Notes: a model not told the origin generated them from the sequence alone. A stretch of 64,000 bases of DNA from a bacterium (GCA_963669175.1 OY769902.1:1856001-1920000); one strand, 5' to 3'; shown: positions 49,938-59,996, counted from the first letter of the stretch. Made by a program: numbers and translations.

Positions 49938-52900
49938 ATGCGACGGAAACTGATCGGGCTGCTTGTTCTATTGGCAGCGACAGACACTTTTGCACGGGCC
50001 GCATTTGACGAACTCACACCACTAACCGTTCAGGAAGTTTTCAGTTACCAGAGATTACCTGCCGGTGTCCAGCTTCAATACGAAGCTCCTGAATTGAGCT
50101 GGACGACAGAAGCCGAAGGCGATGTGCCGATCCTCCAGGGCGCTGGAGAAGAGTACATCCCGGGCGCGCCAAGATTACCCCTTTATTCACGTTTGATTGC
50201 AGTGCCGGCCGGTATGGATCTCAGGGTGCGAGACATTCAGATTGGTTGGGCGGCCACACAACAAAGGAAGATTGCCTGGAACAATGGCGCCAAGGAGGAT
50301 GCGGAGTACGATGAATCTGCGTATTTTTCCGTCGCAGAGCAATCGCAGCAGACTGTTACGGTGGGAAGAACAGGACGCTGGCGGGATCTTCGCATGGCAC
50401 AGGTTATCGTACGTCCCATGATGTATGATGCAGTGACCAACGAAGTCCGCATGGCAGAAACCATAGACATCCAGTTTGATTTTGTGCCATCCGAAGAACT
50501 TGACACATACAACCCGCCAGGTGTCAGCGAAGCTTTGCTGCCACTCTATCGTTCTTATGTGATGGGCGCAGAGGATGAGCTGGATGAATTGGAACCGGAA
50601 CGTGGGACCTACCTGATTATTGTTCCGGATGCCTACGAAGAACTGACAGAAGACTTTGTCGAGTGGAAAAGTCGTTTGGGATATCATGTGATCGTAGCGC
50701 CCACGAGTCAAACGGGCACGGACTACGATGATATTCATGACTATCTGGATGATCTGTATGAATCAGCCAGCATTCCCCTGGATTACGTGCTGATTCTTGG
50801 TGATGAAGATACGCCTGCGAACATCGAAGCGCCGACGATTCCGGGAAGTCCTGGCCATAATCCCACAATCGCCGCTGACTACAAGTACTGTTTCGAACGG
50901 AACCAGACCAACATCGCGGATGTATTGCCACGTTATTTTGTTGGGCGTCTTTCCGTTGATAATGTCACGCAGTTGAACACAGTCCTGGCAAAAACAATGT
51001 TCTATGAGATGACACCCGGTGGGGAAGGTGTCGGACTGGACCGTTTTGAAGAGGCCATGTTCATTGCCTGCCTGAATCCTGGTGTATCAACCGGGATGAC
51101 CAAGCGTTGGGTTGCTGCGAAAATGCTTGCCGATGGCGGCATTACGAATGTAGAAGATCTGTACGATTCATATTCTAACGGTTTATCCCTGACTACGGTC
51201 ACCAACACCATCAATGCTGGTGTGTCCTGGATTAACTACCGTGGTTACGGAGCCTATGACAGTTGGGCCGGCCCGTACTGGGGTAACGCCCAGATGGATG
51301 CTCTGGACAATGAATTCTTGAATCCGATCGTGACCAGCATGGTATGTGGCGGGGCTGCATTTGACCGTCCCCAGGCAGACCCATGTTTCGGTGAAAAATT
51401 CATCCGCCAGGGTACTGCCCAAGCGCCAACCGGCGCCGTTGCCTTCATGGGACCGTCCGAATTGGATACGCATACCAAGTGGAACAATGCCATGGACGGT
51501 GGATTTTACCAGTCCATGTATGATAACGATTTAACCACACTGTACCAGTGTTTGATGGGGGCAAAGCTTGAGCTTTTGCGCTGTTATCCAAACAGTTGGA
51601 ATGCCAACGGCAACTCCACTAACAGCGTATGGTTCTACTGGCATACCTACAACCTGTTGGGCGATCCCGCACTTCAGGTCCGCAGGGAAGTGCCGTTTTC
51701 TTTCAATGTTGATCATGCCAGTACGATCAATGACAACGACACCTACTTCCCGGTGCATGTGACCAATACCTTAAATCAACCTATAGAAAATGCACGTGTT
51801 GTGCTGGTTGAGAACGGTGCGGACATCATCGCTTCTGTATTGACGGACGAATCCGGGAATGCCTCTTTGATGCTGCCGGGCGGTCCATACAACGAAGATT
51901 TGAACTTGACCGTGTCACGCCGTGATGCGATTCCATACCTCGATAATCTGGATGGTCTCGGCGCGCCCGGTATTTCTCTTGTGTCGGTAGATGTGGAGGA
52001 GACTGAGGGGAACCAGAACAACAACCTTGATGGGTATGTGAATCCCGGTGAAGTAGCTGATATCGTGGGTGAATTCCACGTGGAAGATCCTGATGGGATT
52101 GACAATCTTTCCGTAACAGTGTCCCTTCCACAGGGTGGCGGTGAGGTCACGGTCAATACGGAAGATTTCGGAGATGTCGGCTATAACGCCACGATTGATC
52201 TGACAGAAATCATGATCGCTTTCGATCCTGAAGTCCAATACGGACAGCTTATCCCGATCAGGTTTACCTTTGAAGGTGATGATTTCGAACAGTCCCATCT
52301 TATCCAGTATGACGGCATCGAAGCGCCGGCTTTGACCATCAGCGAAATGGCGTTTGATGATGAATGGGGGCCGGGAGATGTGGGGGACCTGAACATCGAG
52401 TTGTTGAACTCACACCCCGCATTGTCCAGCGGTGAGATAACAGGCACCCTGATCTCGCTCAGTTCCTACGCCATTATCGTGCAACCGGTTCGCACCTGGA
52501 ATTCGATAACACCGGGCGGCAGTTCACTTCCGGTCGCGGCTTTCCAGGTTATGGCCACGGAGAGCGCTTATCCGGGGCGTGAGTTGCCGATGACGCTGCA
52601 ACTCGAAACAGACGATGGCTACCAGACCTACATCGATGTCGTATTGACAGTAGACGGCGGCGACGAGCCCACTTCGCCCACTGGTCCTGCCGGACCTGGG
52701 TACTACATGTTTGAGTGGTTCTCTGCTGATGAGTTCGATTCCGGGATGCCATTCCTGCTGGAAATGGAATATCAGTCACTGACGATAAACGGTTCCCAGG
52801 TCAATGGGCTTGTTGATACAGGTAACAACCAGGATCAGGTCGTTGATATTAACCTTCCCTTTGAGTTTTCCTACTGGGGCGAAACCTACGACAGGGTTAC

Positions 52901-55232
52901 GCTCTGCTCAAACGGTTGGATGAGTTTCGAAGATGAACCCAACCCGTATTTCCGTAACCGTCCGATTCCAGGACCGTTAACCCCTTACGCCGCGATTATG
53001 CCGTTCTGGGATGACCTGAAGAACGGTACAGTCTACACCTACCACAACGAAGATGAAGCCTGGTTCGGCATCGAGTGGTACAACTGGGTTCCCTACAATG
53101 GTGGATCGACCATGCGGTTCCAGGTCCGTCTGCTTGACCCGGTAGAATGGGGCGAGATCGGTGGACAGGGCGTTATCATCATGATGTATGATGCCGTCTA
53201 CAACAATGACGGGTCTGAGAACTACGCCACAGTGGGTATGACCAGCCCGGACGGAAACGATGGTATTCAGTTTACCTTTGCCAATGAACATGATCCGACA
53301 GCGCATGATATCGAAGATGTGGCTGCTATTGTGATTGCGATTGGCGAGGGCGGTGGTCTGGATGATCCCTGGTTGCTGGTCCAGCCGCCGATTATTCAAA
53401 CCGCATTGCAACAGGACCATACCGGCGCCATCGACATTGCCCTGCAAAACAGCGGTGATATGGGGCTGGAGTATAACATCCTTGTCGAGGGCATCTGGCC
53501 GGAATGGAGCCTGGAGAATCCCGGTACGCTTGGTGAAGAAAAGGATTCTGAAGGCGGTTCAGACGAACTCGATGAACAGGGTGGCCCAGACGGGTTCGGC
53601 TACCGTTTCATTGATAGTAACAACCGGTACGGTCCCTTCCCGGGATGGTTGGATATTGCTTCGGAAGAAAACGAAGTCGAGATGTTCGGCGAAGATAACG
53701 ATCCGAAGCTTTCCAATGAGCTGGAACTCCCGTTTGATTTCCCCTTCTATGGCATGAACTATTCCACGTTCTGGATCTGCGATGCCGGGTACATGGTCTT
53801 TGTTGACCCGGAAGGAAACGGCGAGGTCATTAACACGGATCTGCCGCGCGACTATTCACCGTTGGCAGGTATTTTCCCGTTCTGGGATAACATCGGCATT
53901 AACAGCGATGATGCGAAGATTTATACCCAGGCTTACACGGATTCATTTGTTGTAACCTGGGCAAACATCACGCATAACCTGTGGGAAACCAATGGAGGTC
54001 CTTACACATTCCAGGTATTGCTGACTACAGATGGTGCGATTCATGTACGTTATGATGAATCCATGCACCCGAGTTATCGCAGCTCTACACTGGGTATCCA
54101 GGACCACACTGGCGAATACGGCATTACCGTAGCGTACGGGCAGCCGGCGGAAAGCTATATTGAAGCCGGTCTTTCGGTACGCTTTACCCCGCCGGCATTC
54201 TTCCATCTTGCGACAACGAGTGGTCACCTGGATGGCGAAGAAATCCTGCCGCTGACCATGGACGTGTCGGCTGAGAATTTACCGGTTGGTGTGTACGTCG
54301 GTCGTATGCTGATCTGGTGTGACGATACAGAGCAGGAAATGATGATTCCGGGCACGATGATCGTGACCGAAGGGCCGCCTTCCGCCGCGCCACGGATCAG
54401 CCATCTTGTCGGTGAAACGGCGATGATTGGTGATCAGTTCCACCCGTTCGCGCTTGATCCCTGCGTGTTCGATACCGCGTTTGCTGATGACGAGATTATC
54501 TGGGCAGCTTATGGTGATCCCGCCATTGAAGTGACCATTGATGAGGACCGTATCGCGCATCCGGAGAAAGTGGATACGTTGTGGGTTGGCACAGCGACAA
54601 TCACCTATCGTGCGACCAATCCTGCATTGGCGTATACCGAACACCAGGTGACCTATTCAACCGGCGGTGGGAACAATGCGCCACGGTTCGATACGGTCAG
54701 CCCAACGGATTTCAAAGAACCGGTGAACCTGGACAGTCAATACGATTTCAGTGTTGAAGTGTCCGACCCGGATGAGGATGAGGTGACTGTCAACTGGTTC
54801 CACGGGGACGAGGATCTTGGCGAAGGTTTATCTACGAACGTCACCTTCGATGCGATCCAGTTCGATTCCGTGCGTGCAGTAGCGTCCGATGGCACCACCC
54901 AACAGACTCATACCTGGTGGATTGATGTCCAGGACCTGGCCGCCCCGGAAGAATTCACCGGGCTGCCGTCGTCGTTTACGGTCGAATCGCTCTACCCGAA
55001 CCCGTTCAACGCGTCCATGGTGGTTGCGTACGCACTGCCACGCACGGCGGATGTGGAACTGCGCGTGTTCAACCTGCTGGGCCAGGAAGTCGCACGTCGG
55101 AATCTGATCCAGATGCCTGCCGGGCACCACCGAATCGCGTTCAACGGCGAAGATTGGGCGAGCGGTGTCTACTTCCTGTCATGGAAGGCTGGCGGCGTGT
55201 ACCAGGTCCATAAGGCGATCCTGCTGAAGTAA
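49938..55232 (+). CDS. C25 (gingipain-family) peptidase-like multidomain secreted protein with T9SS-type C-terminal domain
   Basis: C25 propeptide (PGAPRLP), YLIIVPD...WKSRLG, YVLILGD, VGRLS, NYRGYG, SMVCGG, YNLLGDP, GGPDGFGY module, YPNPFN tail. Confidence 0.9.
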   Translation: MRRKLIGLLVLLAATDTFARAAFDELTPLTVQEVFSYQRLPAGVQLQYEAPELSWTTEAEGDVPILQGAGEEYIPGAPRLPLYSRLIAVPAGMDLRVRDIQIGWAATQQRKIAWNNGAKEDAEYDESAYFSVAEQSQQTVTVGRTGRWRDLRMAQVIVRPMMYDAVTNEVRMAETIDIQFDFVPSEELDTYNPPGVSEALLPLYRSYVMGAEDELDELEPERGTYLIIVPDAYEELTEDFVEWKSRLGYHVIVAPTSQTGTDYDDIHDYLDDLYESASIPLDYVLILGDEDTPANIEAPTIPGSPGHNPTIAADYKYCFERNQTNIADVLPRYFVGRLSVDNVTQLNTVLAKTMFYEMTPGGEGVGLDRFEEAMFIACLNPGVSTGMTKRWVAAKMLADGGITNVEDLYDSYSNGLSLTTVTNTINAGVSWINYRGYGAYDSWAGPYWGNAQMDALDNEFLNPIVTSMVCGGAAFDRPQADPCFGEKFIRQGTAQAPTGAVAFMGPSELDTHTKWNNAMDGGFYQSMYDNDLTTLYQCLMGAKLELLRCYPNSWNANGNSTNSVWFYWHTYNLLGDPALQVRREVPFSFNVDHASTINDNDTYFPVHVTNTLNQPIENARVVLVENGADIIASVLTDESGNASLMLPGGPYNEDLNLTVSRRDAIPYLDNLDGLGAPGISLVSVDVEETEGNQNNNLDGYVNPGEVADIVGEFHVEDPDGIDNLSVTVSLPQGGGEVTVNTEDFGDVGYNATIDLTEIMIAFDPEVQYGQLIPIRFTFEGDDFEQSHLIQYDGIEAPALTISEMAFDDEWGPGDVGDLNIELLNSHPALSSGEITGTLISLSSYAIIVQPVRTWNSITPGGSSLPVAAFQVMATESAYPGRELPMTLQLETDDGYQTYIDVVLTVDGGDEPTSPTGPAGPGYYMFEWFSADEFDSGMPFLLEMEYQSLTINGSQVNGLVDTGNNQDQVVDINLPFEFSYWGETYDRVTLCSNGWMSFEDEPNPYFRNRPIPGPLTPYAAIMPFWDDLKNGTVYTYHNEDEAWFGIEWYNWVPYNGGSTMRFQVRLLDPVEWGEIGGQGVIIMMYDAVYNNDGSENYATVGMTSPDGNDGIQFTFANEHDPTAHDIEDVAAIVIAIGEGGGLDDPWLLVQPPIIQTALQQDHTGAIDIALQNSGDMGLEYNILVEGIWPEWSLENPGTLGEEKDSEGGSDELDEQGGPDGFGYRFIDSNNRYGPFPGWLDIASEENEVEMFGEDNDPKLSNELELPFDFPFYGMNYSTFWICDAGYMVFVDPEGNGEVINTDLPRDYSPLAGIFPFWDNIGINSDDAKIYTQAYTDSFVVTWANITHNLWETNGGPYTFQVLLTTDGAIHVRYDESMHPSYRSSTLGIQDHTGEYGITVAYGQPAESYIEAGLSVRFTPPAFFHLATTSGHLDGEEILPLTMDVSAENLPVGVYVGRMLIWCDDTEQEMMIPGTMIVTEGPPSAAPRISHLVGETAMIGDQFHPFALDPCVFDTAFADDEIIWAAYGDPAIEVTIDEDRIAHPEKVDTLWVGTATITYRATNPALAYTEHQVTYSTGGGNNAPRFDTVSPTDFKEPVNLDSQYDFSVEVSDPDEDEVTVNWFHGDEDLGEGLSTNVTFDAIQFDSVRAVASDGTTQQTHTWWIDVQDLAAPEEFTGLPSSFTVESLYPNPFNASMVVAYALPRTADVELRVFNLLGQEVARRNLIQMPAGHHRIAFNGEDWASGVYFLSWKAGGVYQVHKAILLK

Positions 55233-55256
55233 CGATTTGCTTTAACATGATTTTTC

Positions 55257-55290
55257 AACGGGTGACCGCGAAAGCGGTCACCCGTTTTTC
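55257..55290 (+). terminator. Rho-independent terminator
   Basis: AACGGGTGACCGC-GAAA-GCGGTCACCCGTT followed by Ts. Confidence 0.85.
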
Positions 55291-55504
55291 AATTGATTCA
55301 CAAGATGTACAGGATGATGAAGGATGAACAGGATAGAAAACAATTGATGTGACAACTATCAACCTTTTAACTTTCGAACCTACTCTGGGTGGACCGATAC
55401 ACAAGTGATGAATCTTCGCATCAGATGCAGTAGGAATACTCTCATGATTGTTGAAATTATTGCTTCTCTTGGAGTGCGTCGGGATTGATCACAAGCTGGA
55501 TATA

Positions 55505-55826
55505 TTACTGTTCTCGATTTTATTCCGACATAATAAAGATTGCCGGGAAAAGGGGACGGGATCCTTTTCCTCGCGCGCATATGAAACACTCTCGCCGAAC
55601 TTGTGGAAAAGGAAACTGTACCCTTTTCCGTGTACGTCCTGCCTGCTCTCAAGAAAAAGGGTACAGCCACCTTTCCCGGTCCTTGCTCACAGCGGGAAGG
55701 CTTTGCCCCAGGGAAAGGAAACTGTCCCCTTTTTCCATATCCTTATCCTTTATTCCAACCATATGGTTGACCTTTCACTGATCTGGCACATGACCACGTG
55801 ACGGAATAATAATGGGAATCGCTATA
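55505..55826. repeat. Dispersed REP cassette family C, copy 2 (four motifs, no IS110)
   Basis: Matches 8464-8792 and carries two extra internal motifs (AAAAGGAAACTGTACCCTTTT, AAAAGGGTACAGCCACCTTT). Confidence 0.85.
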
Positions 55827-56682
55827 GCAACCAGGGACTGCCCCGGTTTTCATACTGATTCACAAGATTACAGGATGATGAAGGATGAACAGGATAAAAT
55901 GATATTTATAGTAGAAACTATTGTACTGTATGACTTGTTGTTTCTTTTTTCACTTTTCTTGTCCGCCGAGGCGGATTCACTGACTACTTTTTTCACTTCT
56001 TCATATCATTCCCGGCCAAGTATGGCCGGACTGCCTTTCTTTACCTTTTTTACTTTTTCTACCTTCTTTACTTCTTCCTTCTAAATCTTTTTTTTTCGAA
56101 GGATACGGTCGATTTGCTTTTTGCTTAATGAATAACTAAGTTTTATATCCAGTGCATGGAGAGACTATGAAACAAATGAACCGCAGGTATTTTTGTAAGC
56201 AGTATGTCGTTCAAGCGCTTAGGAACACCCACACACAGTTCAGATGGCATTGCTTTCCCCGCCTTTTCTATCTGATGCCAGCCCTCGTGTTGTCAGTTTG
56301 TACCCAACTCCGGGAGGCTCTCGTGAGTATGCTGGATAGTTCAGGATTCCCGACTTGCTCATCAAATGCGGTGCAGAGGAAAGAACAGGGAACATCGCTG
56401 CTATCTCGTGAGCGTCCACTTTCGAAACCGGCAAATCGGGCCATGCGAAATTGGCACGTACGCAAGCATCCCCGGCTACCTTTTTCACCTTTTTCACTGA
56501 CTACTTTTTTCACTTCATTATGTCATCCTCGGCTTGAACGGGGATCTCGAGGTTCAACGCATCAATCATCCCCGCTTCGCCATCCGCTCCCGACTTGCTC
56601 ATCAAATGCAGCGCAGAGGGAAGAACAGGGAACATCGCTGCCACCTCGAGAGCGTCCACCTTCACAACCAGCAAATCTGGCC

Positions 56683-59600
56683 ATGCGTTTCTCTGTTTCT
56701 TTTTTCACTTCGTTATGTCATCTCCGGCCAACATGTCATCCCCGGCCTGAACGGGGATCTCGCAGTATTACCAGTCGATCAGCCCAGTTTTCTGTTTCTT
56801 TTTTCACCTTTTTCACTTTCTTTACTTTTTTCACTTCGGCTCAAGCCGAGACCTTTGTCTCCGGCGAAGTTTCCGGCGTGTGGGATGTGGACGGCTCCCC
56901 CTATCTCGTTACCGACACCCTGATCGTCCCCGGAGGCGACACGCTCCTGATTGAGCCGGGAGTGATAGTCGAATTTCAGGATCAGACCGATTCGCTCAAG
57001 TATCCCGTCATTGTCCTTGGAGCGTTGTTGGCGAATGGTGCGCTTGGTGATTCGATTCTGTTTGTATCAGAGGACTTCGCTTTCGGGGGATTCAGGGCGC
57101 CAATGGATTCCGAAGGCTCACGTATCGAGATGGCCTATTGCGTGGTAGATTCTGTTCAATGGGGATTTGATCTTTATCATGGCTCAACTCATCTCCAACA
57201 CTGTCGAGTTGTCGCTTCCTATCGCTTTTTCAAAAGTGAATTCAACACAGATACTATCGAATATTGCATTTTCCACGCTATTGTCCCGGATAGCGGCTAT
57301 CCTCTGTTGAATATCTCCCTCCTCTACGGTGAGGACTATACATTCATTCATAACACCGCGCCCTATGGGAATGTTGCGCTGAACGGGAACTCAAATCCAG
57401 TTTATCAAAATTTTTTAGGCCAGCTAAGCGTTCGGTCAGATACAACAATCATTCATGATAACCAGTTCTATAATTGCAGCACGATTCCCCCCCTGGCTCA
57501 GACCAGTCATGTTGACTTCTATAATAACCAGGTGCGGCTTGAGGATTCAGTCAACATTGCACGTTGTGTTACATTTAGAGAATCCGAAGCAATGGTCCAC
57601 AATAACACATTTCCAAACCTGCTTGCTCACGATTCTTCTGTTGATATCTTTGATAACATCATCATTTCAGACCGAACTCCCCATCACGCAACGATTGTAT
57701 TGAATACATGCACCGGAACGGTACACCGCAATGTGATTTCTGGTGATGCTTATGCAGATAACTTTCGTCTTGATCTGGGTGGGAATATTACTGTCAGCAA
57801 CAACACAATTAAAGTGAATGGGGACCGAGGTATCTGGCTTCGAACGGATGTAGAAACCACCATCGAGAACAATATCTTTCTTGGAGATGGGGGATCTTGT
57901 ACAGCGATTGAACGATCAGTGAATGGACTTCAGCCAGCCAGTATCAGTTACAACAGTTTCTATGAGTTTGAAGAAATCACGGGCGATGTGGAGCTGGACG
58001 AGGGTAACCTTTTTGAGAATCCCTTCCTGGCGGGCGGTGATCCCTGCGACTACCACCTCCAGGCGAACAGTCCCTGTATTGATGCCGGTGATCCGGATAG
58101 TGTGGACGATCCGGACGGCACACGAGCCGATATCGGGTGTTATTACTACGATCAATCCATTGATAACCCACCGGTTCAGACCATCCCTGAAGAAATCTTC
58201 GCGCAGACAGGACAACAGCTCTGTATCCAGATCACCACCACTGATGACAACGGCCCGTTTGACTTCACCTTCCCGGATCTACCCGAGTGGTTGAGCGAAG
58301 AGGATGAGCTGGACTGGGTAAGCGACACCACAGCCGTATCGGGAACCGTACCCGAAGAAACGGAAGATTTCAGTTTCACGGTGATCGTGGAGGATGGCGA
58401 AGGACAGACCGATTCGTCGATTGTCACGGTGGATGTTGACCAACGTAACCTGTTATATGGTGAGATCAGCGGTGTATTGCATGTTGAAGACAGCCCGTTT
58501 TACGTGGTGCAGGATATTATCGTCCCTGAAGGCGACAGCCTGGTTATCGAACCGGGATGTGAGTTGCAGTTCAGGTACGTGGAGGATGAGGAGCAGAGGA
58601 TCGGTTTGGATGTATATGGAAAACTTATCGCTGAGGGGACGGTTGTTGACTCGATTCAGTTCAAGCTTGATCAGAACAATCAAACTGAACAGATTTGGCA
58701 AGGTGTCCGCCTAACTGAAAATCAATCAGATACAAGTATTATCTCATATTCAGTTTTTCAGAATGCTTATTGTGCAATCGAGCTTTCAGACACATCAAGA
58801 GCGATTGTGTCTCATCTTTTTATTCATGACTGCCCCACCGGTATGTTTATCAGGGATAGCTCATGGGTGCAAATTGACTCATGTAGCTATTTTGCCACCC
58901 TTGATAACAATACCTTTATTGCTGGTCTAAATTCTCATATTTATGTTACAAACTCTCATTCAGTTGATATTAGTGAAACTCAGGATAATACGCATATATC
59001 AACATTTACATGCTACAATTATATACGAGAATGTGTGTTTTATGGTGGGTTTTCTAATATGATAAATATGCAAGGGGTTGTTGAGTTTATTAACAATCGG
59101 GTCACTAATGTACAAATTGGGATGTACTTCGGCAATTGGTCATCAGGATATATATATAACAATAATTTTAAAAATGATTTGGATAGTTTATCAACGGGAC
59201 TTCTACTTCAGGATGGAGATTTCGTTGTGAAAAATAATATATTCTCTAATAATTATTACGGGATAAAATTATACCCTTATGCCAGTATGGAAGAGTATCC
59301 AGAAATAGAAAACAACATATTTGTTAATAACAACTATGGACTATATCATTATTATGGATTTGATGCATGTATGACGGCAAGATATAATTGCTTTTTTCAA
59401 AATGATACTTCTGCAACCAACTGCATATTGGATCAAACAAACATTTTCGCTGATCCACAATTTGCAGACACACTTTTTCATTTCTATGAGACATCACCAC
59501 TTATTGATGCAGGGAATCCAATCGACAACTGGAACGATATAGACAGCTCAATATGCGACATAGGCTTGTGGGGAGGTCCTTATGGGGATAGTTATGAGTA

Positions 59601-59901
59601 TTTTGTTGGGATCGAGGAATCTCTAATAAAACCTCCTTCATCCTTCAGATTGTTACCGCCATACCCGAATCCTTTCAACGCATCCTTGAACATCATGTTA
59701 GAACTTCCTGTTTCTGCCGAAGTAAGCATTACTCTTTATAACATACTTGGTCAAAAGGTACGAGGAATACAAACAAGCAAACTCACTGCGGGACTGCAGA
59801 CCATATCTATAAATGCGGCGGACCTTGCTTCAGGGATTTACTTCATCGAGACAAAAACACTTGGTTATATAAAACGATCACGTGCCGTATTGTTGCGATA
59901 A
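56683..59901 (+). CDS. Secreted protein with two parallel beta-helix modules and T9SS-type C-terminal domain
   Basis: Two SPY/SPF...IVP.GD.L.IEPG module starts, SPCIDAGDP/SPLIDAGNP, PYPNPFN tail. The ORF is open from 56152 but that stretch is repeat-derived, so the start is uncertain. Confidence 0.82.
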   Translation: MRFSVSFFTSLCHLRPTCHPRPERGSRSITSRSAQFSVSFFTFFTFFTFFTSAQAETFVSGEVSGVWDVDGSPYLVTDTLIVPGGDTLLIEPGVIVEFQDQTDSLKYPVIVLGALLANGALGDSILFVSEDFAFGGFRAPMDSEGSRIEMAYCVVDSVQWGFDLYHGSTHLQHCRVVASYRFFKSEFNTDTIEYCIFHAIVPDSGYPLLNISLLYGEDYTFIHNTAPYGNVALNGNSNPVYQNFLGQLSVRSDTTIIHDNQFYNCSTIPPLAQTSHVDFYNNQVRLEDSVNIARCVTFRESEAMVHNNTFPNLLAHDSSVDIFDNIIISDRTPHHATIVLNTCTGTVHRNVISGDAYADNFRLDLGGNITVSNNTIKVNGDRGIWLRTDVETTIENNIFLGDGGSCTAIERSVNGLQPASISYNSFYEFEEITGDVELDEGNLFENPFLAGGDPCDYHLQANSPCIDAGDPDSVDDPDGTRADIGCYYYDQSIDNPPVQTIPEEIFAQTGQQLCIQITTTDDNGPFDFTFPDLPEWLSEEDELDWVSDTTAVSGTVPEETEDFSFTVIVEDGEGQTDSSIVTVDVDQRNLLYGEISGVLHVEDSPFYVVQDIIVPEGDSLVIEPGCELQFRYVEDEEQRIGLDVYGKLIAEGTVVDSIQFKLDQNNQTEQIWQGVRLTENQSDTSIISYSVFQNAYCAIELSDTSRAIVSHLFIHDCPTGMFIRDSSWVQIDSCSYFATLDNNTFIAGLNSHIYVTNSHSVDISETQDNTHISTFTCYNYIRECVFYGGFSNMINMQGVVEFINNRVTNVQIGMYFGNWSSGYIYNNNFKNDLDSLSTGLLLQDGDFVVKNNIFSNNYYGIKLYPYASMEEYPEIENNIFVNNNYGLYHYYGFDACMTARYNCFFQNDTSATNCILDQTNIFADPQFADTLFHFYETSPLIDAGNPIDNWNDIDSSICDIGLWGGPYGDSYEYFVGIEESLIKPPSSFRLLPPYPNPFNASLNIMLELPVSAEVSITLYNILGQKVRGIQTSKLTAGLQTISINAADLASGIYFIETKTLGYIKRSRAVLLR

Positions 59902-59996
59902 AAAAAAAGCCGTGCAGGTATGTGCTTGGAGGCTTAACCTGCACGACTTCAACAAAAGATCTGTCAAAAGTGACAGACGAACATCAAGGTAAGGAG

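Noticed and set aside
56349-56688. DGR template/variable repeat pair
   Set aside because: Differences between the two ~100-bp copies are not adenine-specific and there is no reverse transcriptase in the window.
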